The translations under genes were made by a program, and so were the position numbers. A stretch of 64,000 bases of DNA from an uncultured Planctomycetota bacterium (lineage in GTDB: Bacteria; Planctomycetota; Planctomycetia; Isosphaerales; Isosphaeraceae): NCBI GenBank assembly GCA_963845755.1, contig CAWJTV010000020.1, positions 480,001 to 544,000 of the forward strand, given 5' to 3'. The notes under the pieces were generated by a model. The model was not told where the DNA came from and searched no databases. It was given only the letters and a program-made list of their open reading frames with translations. Positions 34,073 through 44,610 of this stretch are shown piece by piece; position 1 is the stretch's first letter, and each line of letters begins with the position of its first letter.

Positions 34073-35674
34073 ATGCGAATCCGGCGGAATGTCCTCCTGC
34101 TGATGCTTGTCATGGTCCTGGTTCCCACCGTCGTCGCCTACGGACAATGGGCGATGTTCGGCTTACCGCCGGTGCAGGACGGCCCGACGGCGGATTCCGG
34201 CACCGCCCCTTCCGGTTTTCCCGTCTGGCTCCGCGTCACGCACTACGTCAACTTCTTGCTCCTCGTGCTGCTCATCCGGAGCGGCTTACAAATCTTTATG
34301 GACCACCCGAGGCTCTACTGGAACGTCCACTGTACGCCGAATACCGAGTGGCTCCGCGTGACGCCGATCGACGTGCCCCTGGACCGCGTCTGGACGGCCA
34401 AGGACGACGCCCGCCACCTCTCCCCCTGGATCGGACTGCCCGGCTACCGGCATACGGTCGGGATGGCCCGCCACTGGCACTTCCTGAGCGTCCTGTTCTG
34501 GGTGGGAAACGGCTTGATCTTCGTCGTCCTGCTCTTCGGTACCGGCCAATGGCGGCGCCTGGTGCCGAGCTCCTGGTCGATCGTCCCCGAGGCATGGTCG
34601 GTCTTCGTTCACTATGCGACGTTTCATCTTCCGCCAGAACCGAACGGCTTCTACCGCTACAATGCTCTCCAGCAACTCGCGTATTTCGCCGCCGTGTTCA
34701 TCCTGGCCCCACTGGCGATCGCGACCGGGCCGTCGATGTCGCCGGCCCTGACGAATCGCTTCAAGCGGTATCCGAACCTGCCCGGTAACCGCCAGATTGG
34801 CCGGTCGTTCCACTTCCTCGTTATGTGCGGCTTCGTCTTTTTTCTGATCGGTCATGTCTCGATGGTGGTGCTCACGGGGCTTGTCCGGAACATGAACCAC
34901 ATCGTCGTCGGCACCGATGACACCCGGCCGATGGGACTGTATCTCGGCCTGCTGGGCCTCGGCGTTGTCGTGACGGCGTGCGCCCTGGCCAACTGGGCCG
35001 CCTGGCGCCACCCCCGAACGATTCAGCATGCCGCCGGACTGGTCGTCACGCCGGCCATGGACGTCCTGCTCAACCGCCCCGGCCCGGTCGCGGAGTTCCG
35101 CCAGGAGGATATCTCACCGTTCTTCTGGCCCAACGGAAAAGTGCCCACCAGCGACGAGTGGAAGGAGCTGGCCGCCCACGCCTTCCGGGATTATCGGCTC
35201 AAGGTCTCCGGCCTGGTAGAGAACCCGGTCGAGCTCTCGCTGGACGAGATCCGGGCGCTGGGGAAGAATACCCAGATTACGCTACACCACTGCATACAAG
35301 GCTGGTCGGGCATCGCCGAGTGGGGCGGGCTTCCCATGGCGAAGGTGATTGACCTGGTCCGGCCCAAGCCCGAAGCACGGATGGCCGTCTTCTACTCGTT
35401 CGGTGAAGGTATCGAGGGCGGCCCGTATTACGACAGCCACTCGCTCGCGAACCTCATGCACCCCCAGACGCTCCTGGCCTACGAGATGAATGGCGAGCCC
35501 CTCGGTGAACAGCACGGGCCGCCCTTGCGGCTGCGCGTCGAGAACCAGCTCGGCTTCAAGATGGTCAAGTGGATCCGGGCGATCGAGTTCGTCGCGAGCC
35601 ACAAATCGTTCGGTAAAGGAGAAGGCGGATATAACGAGGACCACGAATACTTCGGCGAACAGGCCAACATCTGA
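34073..35674 (+). CDS. Cytochrome b-like membrane domain fused to a sulfite-oxidase-family (MsrP-like) molybdopterin domain
   Basis: WLRVTHYVN, ARHWHF, YNALQQLAY and RSFHF in the membrane part; HHCIQGWSG, LLAYEMNGEPL..HGPPLRL and GFKMVKWI in the Mo domain. Confidence 0.88.
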   Translation: MRIRRNVLLLMLVMVLVPTVVAYGQWAMFGLPPVQDGPTADSGTAPSGFPVWLRVTHYVNFLLLVLLIRSGLQIFMDHPRLYWNVHCTPNTEWLRVTPIDVPLDRVWTAKDDARHLSPWIGLPGYRHTVGMARHWHFLSVLFWVGNGLIFVVLLFGTGQWRRLVPSSWSIVPEAWSVFVHYATFHLPPEPNGFYRYNALQQLAYFAAVFILAPLAIATGPSMSPALTNRFKRYPNLPGNRQIGRSFHFLVMCGFVFFLIGHVSMVVLTGLVRNMNHIVVGTDDTRPMGLYLGLLGLGVVVTACALANWAAWRHPRTIQHAAGLVVTPAMDVLLNRPGPVAEFRQEDISPFFWPNGKVPTSDEWKELAAHAFRDYRLKVSGLVENPVELSLDEIRALGKNTQITLHHCIQGWSGIAEWGGLPMAKVIDLVRPKPEARMAVFYSFGEGIEGGPYYDSHSLANLMHPQTLLAYEMNGEPLGEQHGPPLRLRVENQLGFKMVKWIRAIEFVASHKSFGKGEGGYNEDHEYFGEQANI

Positions 35675-35764
35675 CCCGGGGACGAAGGGGCCACAGCCCT
35701 GTTCCCATGGTGACAGGGTCTGTCCTCACCAGCCGGGATGGCCATTGAGCGCGGGGGAGCCGAG

Positions 35765-36121
35765 ATGGCGAAGATTCGCTTGAAGCGAGCCTATGACGCG
35801 CCCAGCCGGGATGACGGCCTCCGAATCCTGGTGGAAAGGCTCTGGCCGCGCGGGTTGAGCAAGGAGCGCGCCGCCGTGGATCTCTGGATGAAGGACCTGG
35901 CCCCGAGCCCAGAGCTGCGCCGCTGGTTCAACCACGACCCGGCCAGGTGGGAAGACTTCCAGAAGCGCTACCGCGCCGAACTCCGGCAAAAGAAGGACGT
36001 GGTCGAGGAGCTCCGTCAGAAGTGCCGGAGCGGGACCGTCACCTTCGTCTACGCCGCGCGCGATGAAGAGCACAACAGTGCTCGCCTGCTAATAGACTAT
36101 CTCGAGCACGACGACAGTTGA
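35765..36121 (+). CDS. DUF488 / YeaO family protein
   Basis: IRLKRAYD, DGLRILVERLWPRG, LAPSPELRRWFNHDP and YAARDEEHN. Confidence 0.9.
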   Translation: MAKIRLKRAYDAPSRDDGLRILVERLWPRGLSKERAAVDLWMKDLAPSPELRRWFNHDPARWEDFQKRYRAELRQKKDVVEELRQKCRSGTVTFVYAARDEEHNSARLLIDYLEHDDS

Positions 36122-36270
36122 CCAAGTGGCACGGGATCCCGACGAAGATTCCTCGTTCTCTCCGGTATTCATGCAGATGATCGAGGAAGCGAGTGAACGG
36201 TATGGCGAGGTCAAGGGGGCCCAGAAGCTGACTCCGTTTGTCATTGGATTCTGGATATCGTCAAACGAAA

Positions 36271-37781
36271 TGACGATGTTGCGACCCGACAAGGCATCGC
36301 TAAGTTTTTTCCGACAAGGCATCGCTAAGTTTTTGTCGCCCCGAACCGACAGTCCATCGCTCAGTTCTGAGACGGGTCGCGATGTCCCCCGAGGCTCTGA
36401 GATGCTGCTTCCGCCCGTCTTTCAGGATAAAACTACCCCCACGGGCAACCGCCAGCGGCTGCCACGCGGAGGTAGCCATGAACGACGAACTTGCCGCTCG
36501 TCATCGCGCCATTACCCTGCGCCTCGCCGGCCGGCCCGTCAAGGCCATTTGTGCCGCCGTCGGCCGCTGCGAGGTCTGGTTCCACAAGTGGTGGAGCCGC
36601 TACCTGCAGGCCGGCCCCGAGGGCCTTTACGACCTGACCCGAGCCAACCACCACGTCACCCGACGCATTCCGCCTGAACTGGAGAGGGCCATCCTCTCCA
36701 TCCGCCGCCGGCTCCAGGCCCATACCTCGCCGGCCACCCGCTATCGTCTGACCGGGGCCGATTCCATCCGTGCCGAATTGAAAGCACTGGGCATCCGTCC
36801 GCCCCCTGTGCGCGGACCATCGAGCGCATCCTGGAGCGCAACGGCCTGACCATGCCCAAGGTCCGGCTGGCCCCACTGCTGCCCCGCCAGGAGTACCCCG
36901 GCCCCCAGGCCCGGGCCTCCAACCAACTCCATCAAGTCGATCTGGTGGGGCCGGTCTACCTCAAAGGGAGCCGCCACCGCTATTACATCTGGGTGGGAAA
37001 GGACGCCTTCGACGGCGCCGTTTGCCTGCGCCTGGCGAATTCCCGCCGCATGGACGAGGTCCTCGGGTTCCTCGGAGAGTGCTGGAAAGATCTGAGCATC
37101 CCCGAACAGGTCCAGTTGGACAACGCCCGCGAATTGTGCGGCTGGGGACCTGCGGCGCGATACTCTGTCGCGCGTGATCCGGTTCTGCCTGCGCCTCGGT
37201 GTCGGGCCGGTCTTCATCCCGGCCGGGGAGCCGCAGTACAACGGCGGGGTGGAGAACTTCAACGGCTGGTTCCAGCCGCGGTTGTTCGATCGTCGCTACA
37301 CCCGGCCGGGGGACCTGCGGCGGGAACTGGCGCGGCTGCAAGAGGCGGTCAACACGCAGCATGTCCACCCGCGACTGGGAGGCCAGACGCCGGCCCAGCA
37401 TCGCCGTGGCCTGCGGCTGCGAGAGCTGCCCGCGAGCTTCGTGGTGCCGACGGATCGGCAGCCGATCGCGGCGGGGCGAGTGACGTTCATCCGAAGGGTG
37501 AGCCCGGCCGGGACGGTCTCGGTCCTGAGCCAATCGTTCCGTGTGGGCAAGAGACATCGCGGCCTGTACCTGCGGATGGTGGTGGACACCGGGCGCGGGT
37601 GGCTGACGGCCTATCTGAATGGGCGAGTGCTGAAGCGCTGGCCCTACAAGCTCTTGAACGACTAACCATCACCTGAATTCGCGGTTACTGGCGGTTCCCG
37701 CGAACATTCAGCTCGGTGATGCGTTGTCGGAAGAAAGACCTTCAGGACTAAACGATGCGTTGTCGGTTCGCAACGATGTCA
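36271..37781 (+). mobile_element. Insertion sequence, IS481-like, with TGAC...GTCA ends and multiple subterminal repeats
   Basis: Left end TGACGATGTTGCGACCCGACAAGGCATCG; right end (reverse complement) TGACATCGTTGCGAACCGACAACGCATCG. CCGACA..CATC repeats occur three times on the left and twice on the right. Confidence 0.8.
36478..37665 (+). CDS. DDE transposase / integrase core with N-terminal HTH (two frameshifts)
   Basis: HKWWSRY..GPEGL (HTH), NQLHQVD, QLDN and [11 protein letters not shown] (DDE). Confidence 0.85.
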
Positions 37782-37950
37782 AGGGATTTCAAATCTTGCC
37801 AAAGCGTTGGGTCGTCGAACGGACCTTTTCCTGGTTGTCGAACTGCCGCCGTTTGAGCAAGCACTACGAGTATTGGAACGAGACAGATGAGGCGAGGGTT
37901 CATGTGGCGATGATTCGCTTCATGTTGCGTTGCCTGAGCAAGGGAACGAC
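37782..37950 (+). pseudogene. C-terminal remnant of an IS5-family transposase
   Basis: [29 protein letters not shown]...AMIRFML, beginning immediately after the right end of the preceding IS. Confidence 0.8.
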
Positions 37951-38288
37951 TGGCCTCGCGGTTGTCTGGATTCCCGCGCCCGTTCCCAGAAGGGCAGAAG
38001 TCGAGCAAAGAGGCCCTACTCAAAGCCGATTAGGGCTACAGAACGTGCCATTCGGTGCCGACTCTGATCTCGTTGGTCACTTCCGAAAAAAAACCGACTT
38101 TTCCCTTGCAAGTTCAAGACGCGCGGTGTTAATGTCTTCGGTAAGTCGTGCTCAAAATTCAAGTAGATATGGACGTTGTGGAATCCATCGATGATCCCTA
38201 TCGTCCCCCTACGCCACCCGAAGCGCAAGACCTCTCTTGGGTCGGCTCCAGACCCTGGAGTTCCCGTCCCCCCCCCCCCCGAGATTGC

Positions 38289-39440
38289 GTGCAATCATTT
38301 ACTCGTGTTCCGGCAGCCTTCTTGCTCATTGTCGCACTAACCCTGGCCACGAGCCCCGGCTGCCGCCGGGCCCATCTTTCCGATCGCCCAGGTGAAGTCT
38401 TCGACGCGGGAGCGCTGTTCGCCTCCTCAACGCCGCTCTTGACCCATGGGTTCCACGTTGTGAACCACAGCAAGAGGCCCGTCCGCATCTTGCGCGAGAA
38501 TCACTCCTGCGACTGCACGACGGTGGACTTGCCGAAGCGTGAGTTGCGACCGGGCGAGTCGGTCACGTTGACGCTGAGCATCAGTATCCCCCCCGCCTGC
38601 GTCAGCAGGGCGGTAAGCACCACGCTCGAGACCGACGACCCAGAACATCCGAACTGGGTTTACCTCATCCGCTTCGAGGGGTTTCCCGATGCACGCATCG
38701 TTCCGTCAATCATCGAGCTCGGCTCGCGCACGGTCGCGGATATGCTCGAGCCGGAGCCTGGTGGGGATTTCGCCGCTGCCGAGGGGTGGATGGAGGTTTT
38801 CACGCCGCCCAAAGGCAAGAATCATCCTCCGCCAAGGGTGATCAATCCCCCGGCAGAATGCATCGTGACGGTGGCGGAAACTCCGGAGGTGAGCATCCTC
38901 GCCAGTGGTGTCCGCGCCGAGCGGTATCGGCTCTCGGTTCGCCTCAGGCAGGGAGTGCCATCGACTGGGACGTTCGTCCGCCCGCTGAATATCACCTTGA
39001 ACGACCTGCATGGCGCGGCGGCCTCGCTGACATGGTCAGTCCGGGCGCCAGTCGTCTGTGTACCGGAGCGGATTCACCTGGGCTCGGTTGCACTGGGGGA
39101 CCCGCCGATTAAACGTAGGGTGAATCTCCAATCGGCCGACGGAAAGCCATTCCGAATCATCACCGTGGGGCATGATGCAATCGTCACGATCCGGCCGACC
39201 GACGGAGGCGGATTTCCATCCCCTGCCTCGAATCGCCACGCTCTCGAGCTGGTTCTCGAGGTGCCACGCGAACCCACGTCAACGTTCCTGGCCGGGTCGG
39301 TGCGCATCCAGCTCGACCGCCGGGATTACTCGGAAGTCTCTCTTCCCTGGTCGGCCATCATCCGAACGAGGCAGGCGAAATCCTCAGCCCGAGCGGATGA
39401 GAAGCCGGTGTTTGTTTCTGAACCAATCCCTTCGCATTGA
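38289..39440 (+). CDS. DUF1573-domain (Ig-like) exported protein (start uncertain)
   Basis: Signal/lipoprotein-like N-terminus, then HGFHVVNHSKRPVRI...SCDCTT....ELRPGES, followed by further beta-sandwich repeats. Confidence 0.75.
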   Translation: MQSFTRVPAAFLLIVALTLATSPGCRRAHLSDRPGEVFDAGALFASSTPLLTHGFHVVNHSKRPVRILRENHSCDCTTVDLPKRELRPGESVTLTLSISIPPACVSRAVSTTLETDDPEHPNWVYLIRFEGFPDARIVPSIIELGSRTVADMLEPEPGGDFAAAEGWMEVFTPPKGKNHPPPRVINPPAECIVTVAETPEVSILASGVRAERYRLSVRLRQGVPSTGTFVRPLNITLNDLHGAAASLTWSVRAPVVCVPERIHLGSVALGDPPIKRRVNLQSADGKPFRIITVGHDAIVTIRPTDGGGFPSPASNRHALELVLEVPREPTSTFLAGSVRIQLDRRDYSEVSLPWSAIIRTRQAKSSARADEKPVFVSEPIPSH

Positions 39441-39450
39441 GGAGGTTGCG

Positions 39451-39801
39451 ATGAAGACCTTGTTGACGATTGTGCTGGTGTGTGGTGGGATGCTTTTAAT
39501 GGCCTGTGCCGGCGTGGGTTGGGCCATTCAAGAAAACTATGTCTGCTACAATCAGGTCCAGCTTTGCGGCAACTACGCTGGTTACTGTTACCCTGCTTCA
39601 GGTACGTGTGCGAACAACCAGACAAGGATACACTCCGTCATGGCATCGTCGTTGATTCTCGGAGCGTGTATCGCAACTCCTTCTCTCGCCTGCTATGACA
39701 TTACCCTGTATTGCAGCTACTACTATTATCCATCGTCGAATTGTTCGGACGATAATTGGTGCAGCTACGAGAGTGTCCAACACTATGGATGCTGGCAATG
39801 A
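39451..39801 (+). CDS. Small secreted Cys/Tyr-rich protein (116 aa)
   Basis: GAGGAGG RBS, ATG at 39451, signal peptide MKTLLTIVLV...GWA, and ten Cys in the predicted mature part. Confidence 0.75.
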   Translation: MKTLLTIVLVCGGMLLMACAGVGWAIQENYVCYNQVQLCGNYAGYCYPASGTCANNQTRIHSVMASSLILGACIATPSLACYDITLYCSYYYYPSSNCSDDNWCSYESVQHYGCWQ

Positions 39802-40043
39802 GCCGGCGCAGCGAGAGCAAAGACTGGTAGCGTTATTCTACGTCGAAAAAATGCACTGGATGCTCTCCCCAATCCACTGAGCCAATCCCGCTCGGGCGAG
39901 GGAGTCAACGGGTGACCCGCTGGAATTGGGGGCGGTTTTTCTCCATCGTTCTCCGCTCCATTACGCCATGAGAAGCTGACAACCCAGGCGACACCACGGG
40001 TAGTCGTCATCGGGAAACCATCAGCGACTTCGGGACCCCACCT

Positions 40044-41262
40044 ATGGCATACTTGCAGTCTCTCGCAGTCCTGACGACCACGCTCCTCTCAAGCCCGGGC
40101 GAATTGCCCAAGGCCGTTGCCGTCGTCCGCAACGCTTACGAGGAGAACCTCACAGCCCTCTCGGCATTTGGCACGATCCATTTTCATGCAACTGACGGAG
40201 AACTCGGGCAGGCATCCAGCGTCGAGGAGATCCCAGGGCTGATCAAGAGCGACTGGAAGCGCCGATCCCCATCTCAAGGATTGTTCGTTTTCGACGGTCA
40301 GAAACGCCGCTACGAGAACCTGTACCCTACCGAAGAATTGGTCGCTCGGCGAGTGAAACGCTCGAATACTAGCTGGAGTTCGCCGATTAGTGCGATCCGA
40401 CTGCTCTTAGATGGCGAGACCACGCTCGTGGACAATGTCAACGTAGCTAGGGACGATAAGACCGTCGTACACACTCCTGGCTGCTACAAGGGCATCCGGT
40501 GGTTCATCGCTAGACAACACATTCCTCTCCGTCTGACCGACCCGGAACCGTCCCGCACGACTTTGGCTGGGTGCCTTCGCGATTTCGTAGATGGTGGCAA
40601 AGGGGTGACGCTGGCGAGCGTCGATGAGTCGGCCCGTCTCGACGACATCGGCGTCGTCAAGCTGAGCTTTGAGCTGCCAAATCCGCGCCACGCAAGTCAC
40701 GTTTTGGGTCGATCTCGAGCATGGAGCGATCCCGCTTCAAACGCGGACGGTAGAAGAAGTCCGGGATGAGGATACAATCAACGTACAGCAGGAGAACCTG
40801 ACCGACCTCCGGCGTGTCGTCAAGGGATGGTTGCCCTTCCGCATGACTCACATCTCGGGCCAGACTTCCAAGACGGCGGCGTCAGGCGATCCGCTTTCCG
40901 GCGGAGCATTCTCGAGCTTCCTCGTCCGCGAGACGATCGTCGATGAGGCCAACTTCGAGATGCGGCCGGATCCGGCCATGTTCGCCCTGGAATTCCCCGA
41001 GGAGGTCAGCGTCCTCGATTCAGATCGGCTTCTGTCTTACGGGCGCCGTCGCGTCTGGACTCTGCGTGACATCTCCCCCACCGCGCAGGCGAAGGCGCAG
41101 CGGATCAACATCAGATCACCGTTCCCTGACCAGCCCCCCGCCATGCCGAGTGCCCTTGACCGGCGGAGTTGGTGGCCGACCCTGCTGGCGATTCTCGGGT
41201 CGGCGTGCCTGCTGGCCGCAGGTGCTCTTCTGCTCCACAAAAGGCGCCGTCATGCGACATGA
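40044..41262 (+). CDS. Hypothetical exported protein with C-terminal membrane anchor (frameshift near 40690)
   Basis: ORFs 40044 and 40669 join; beta-rich body; ends WWPTLLAILGSACLLAAGALLLHKRRR. Confidence 0.65.
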
Positions 41263-42313
41263 GACATTTTCGCCCGCCGCCGCCGATGCCCGAGGTGTCG
41301 AGGTTCACCGCGGGTTTACCCTGATTGAGCTCGCTGTCGTTGCGGCGATCATCGGGGCCCTCGTGGCGCTCCTGCTGCCGGCCGTGCAATCGGCGCGCCG
41401 AGGTCTCGCGGCGGATCGCGTGTGTTGACCATTTGAAGCAGATCGGGCTGGCGCTCCAGTCCTATCAGTCCACCTACCGATACTTCCCCGGCGTGGATAC
41501 ACCGAGTGTGTACTTGCGAGGTGGGCCCGCCTCGAACCACAGTTACTGCCCCCTGGCGCGGCTATTGGCCGAGCTGGACCAGGGACCCCTCTATAACGCG
41601 ACAAACCTCACCGATCAAGCGACTCAGCCGAGCTCGCTCTGGGGCAATTTGACGGTGATGAGTCTATCTGTCAGCCTTTTTCTTTGCCCATCAGACGTTC
41701 ACCCACCTGTCTTGGGATATGGGCGGGTCAATTATCGCTTCAACCTCGGCCCTGGTCCATGGTACGCACCGGGGCCGTCGAAGCAAGCCTCCTGGGACGG
41801 CCCGTTCACGACCCACCGCTTCTACTCCCCCGCTGCCTTCACGGACGGGCTGTCCCAGACCGTTGGGGTTTCCGAACGAGTCCAAGGGAATTGGATCAAC
41901 GCTGTCTGGTCTCCTGGGGACTACGTGCTGACCGGCGCCGCGGATTCCTACCGAGGAACCATGACGCTCGATTGGGCCGTCTCCGTTTGCGCCTCCGCTC
42001 CGGCGGATCTCCCCATCGAGACCAGGTCGGGAGAGAGTTGGTTCCTGAGCGGCTACCACTTCACCGATTACAACCACTGCATTCCACCGAACGCGACGAT
42101 CCGGGACTGCTCGCTCTACTCTTTCCAGGAGGGAATCCACGCGCCACCCTCCACGAGGGCGTCTTCACGGCTCGCAGCCGCCACCCGGGCGGGGTGAACA
42201 CGCTTCTGATGGACGGGAGCGTGCGTTTCGTCCGTGATGGCGTCAACCTCGCGGTCTGGCGGGCCCTGGCGACCCGAGCCTCGGGTGATGTCGTATCCGG
42301 TGATAGTTACTGA
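41252..42313 (+). CDS. DUF1559 prepilin-type N-terminal cleavage/methylation protein (two frameshifts)
   Basis: RGFTLIEL..VAAIIG.LVALLLPAVQSAR, C.DHLKQIGLAL, FLCPSD, FTDGLSQT and SRHPGGVN.LLMDGSVRF. Confidence 0.9.
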
Positions 42314-42317
42314 GCTG

Positions 42318-42570
42318 ACCCTTGGCCCCGTCGACGACCTGGCTGACACGGAAGTCCATCGCCACGCTGCAGAGCATTTAGGCTTCCTCCCGGCCGAGCT
42401 TCTTTCCCGACGCGATCAGGTCGACCCCCTCGCGGACGTCGATCTTCACGGCTACGTTGAGGTCCGTGGCGATGAAATGCGTCGCCGTCTCAGCCGTCGG
42501 CCATTTCAGCCTCGCCCCCCTCTGCACGAAGAAGCGAAGGGTCCGGGTCTGCGAACTCTCGAAGGAGACG
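42318..42570 (-). pseudogene. Degenerate C-terminal fragment of an acetamidase/formamidase
   Basis: LKWPTAETATHFI..DLNVAVKI.VRE...LGREEA*MLCSVAMDFRVSQVVDGAKG, with an internal stop. Confidence 0.6.
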
Positions 42571-42590
42571 TCGCATGGGCGTGGGGTCAT

Positions 42591-42691
42591 GGACGTCGGG
42601 GGCAGACCAGGTTTCCGGACGTCGGGGGCAGACCAGGTTTCTGTTTTTTCCCTCGCACCGACTCCGAAAAAACCCGAAATCTGGTCCGCCT
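42591..42691. repeat. 25-bp tandem duplication overlapping an imperfect inverted repeat
   Basis: GGACGTCGGGGGCAGACCAGGTTTC at 42591 and 42617. The second copy plus TGTTTTTTC pairs with GAAAAAACCCGAAATCTGGTCCGCC. Confidence 0.65.
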
Positions 42692-43082
42692 CGGAAGGCA
42701 CGTGGTCGAAGGTGGGGAAATCGCCGCGATCGCGCGGGCCTCTGGGCTCTCCCGCCCGACGATCTCTCGGATTCTCGGCGAGGACTGTAACGCCTCATCT
42801 GGATTCAGCGATGGAGAACCTGTCGGTCGGCAGTGTAGTTCGCGGAACGGGTCCCTTGTAACATCTGGATTAGCTGATCGCCCTCCGCTGGAAGGGCAGC
42901 GACCTGGGGGCGTTCGATATGGGCTTTGCCTCGGCAAGCACAATTACGCTACACTCTGGGCGGTCACACTTCGCTCGGCGGTAATCCACGATCTCAGGGA
43001 CATCAGGGTCCCTTGCCCAATGTCGGTTCCTGAATGAGCCCGGTCCCTTGGCGGCGGAAACACGACGAAAGGACCCATACTC

Positions 43083-43913
43083 ATGAATTCGACGGCGTCG
43101 GTGGTCCTCGCGCTGGTCCTGCTGGCCGACCCACAATTGCCGGCGAAGCCTGGCGCCACGGAATTGAAAAAGTCGGACACGTTGGCGGTCATGAAGGATG
43201 CCGCGACTCGCTATCACTTCCGAGCCGCCGCCTCGAAAGGTACGACGCTCTTGATTCCTGATCCTGTCTTGCGCTGGTCCAACCCGGTGGCCCAGGAGGA
43301 GGATGCCGGCTTATTTCTCTGGACAAGGCAAGGCCGTCCTGAGGCCGCAGCCCAGTTCTTCGTACGAAAGAATCTGTGGATGCATGAGTTTCAGTCGCTT
43401 TCGGAGGGTCTTTTTACCGTCGATTGGAACGACCAGACCATCTGGGCCCCGAGGCAGGCGGGCCTCATCTTCCACGTCGAGCCAGACAGTTGACCGCCAG
43501 ACAGCAATGCCACGCGACGGCTGCGACAAATGCGAACAGTTGCCGAATCGTTCACAGCATCCGTGGAATTCCAGTACGACAAGGACAGCCATTACGAGCT
43601 GCGGCTTCTCCCCCGGCCGCTCTACCGGTATGGTTCTGCCGAGGGGAAAACGCTTGATGGCACACTCTGGGCGTTTGTGCAGGGAACCAATCCCGAAGTG
43701 CTCCTCCTGGTTGAATCGCGTCCCGCACCCGATCAGACGTTGCGGTGGAACTACGCGTTCGCGGCGATGACTTCGTATCCCGCGCAAGCGAGGCGCAACG
43801 GAAAGACGGTCTGGAAGGTCGAGCGTCAACCGATCCCAACACCGACGACGCAGGGCCCTTACATCTTCCGGTACGACGTACCGACCGCCGATGGTAAGTC
43901 GAGCAGCCGATGA
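43083..43913 (+). CDS. Hypothetical secreted protein with in-frame TGA at 43491 (pseudogene or base error)
   Basis: ORFs 43083 and 43530 are in the same frame; signal peptide; PVLRWSNP, LRLLPRPLYRY and FVQGTNPE motifs. Confidence 0.65.
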
Positions 43914-44463
43914 TCCCAGCATCGAACATTCTGCACGGGAGGGGAGTGGAAACCAAAACGAAAACGCAGGTTCGGTCATCAGCAGGAAACCGGTGACCGA
44001 CCATGCGGGCTCAGCCGCACCAGTCCGAAGCGCCCTACGGCGTGGCCGCCCTCAGCCGGCGCCGGATTCCTGAAGGGTCCCCTCGCAGGGTGTGCGATCC
44101 TCGACCGTCCGCGCCCCTGACCTAATCTACCGGTACCAAAAAATATTCAAGAATTTTATTTCCTTGTACTGTATAGACTTATATCAAGAATCCTGCCCGT
44201 TTCGACCGAAATGCGTTCTCCTTTTTTCAAAGTTGCGGCATCCTTATAAATAGTCCTTCGAAATCAACGCCTTACAGAGGCCTTTCGGCGCGGTTTGACG
44301 TGCTGCCCGAGTTGGGAAAGGCCCCCGGCCAGTCAGGGCGGGATCACTCAGCCATGATGACGCGATTGGAACATGACGGTTTGGTTGTGCGGAATCATCA
44401 AACCGTGCGTGGTATTATTGGGGTCCGAAGAGGTCGATGTTACGCTGGAAAATCCGAGGGCTC

Positions 44464-44610
44464 ACGAACGAAGCCATGTACCCTGGGTTGAGAGATCCCG
44501 CGGCTGCGAAACGAACCCAATCGCCGGCGTGACGCGATTCTGAATCGCCGAAACGAAGCCAACCGCCCGTGCAGCGCGACCGAAAAACCGCGAAACGAAC
44601 CCAATCACCC
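44464..44610. repeat. Four ~42-bp-periodic ACGAA(C/G)CCA motifs
   Basis: Core motif at 44468, 44511, 44553 and 44595 (spacing 43, 42, 42), with variable intervening sequence. Confidence 0.6.

Noticed and set aside
36286..36366. Tandem repeats as a mini-CRISPR or iterons
   Set aside because: They are mirrored at the other end of the transposase gene, so they are better explained as IS end repeats.
43491..43493. In-frame TGA as selenocysteine or programmed readthrough
   Set aside because: It falls in a Pro-rich linker with no redox motif and no recognisable SECIS; a base error or nonsense mutation is simpler.
44464..44610. Possible CRISPR array
   Set aside because: The conserved part is short and degenerate, the period is only ~42 bp, and no cas genes are in the window.
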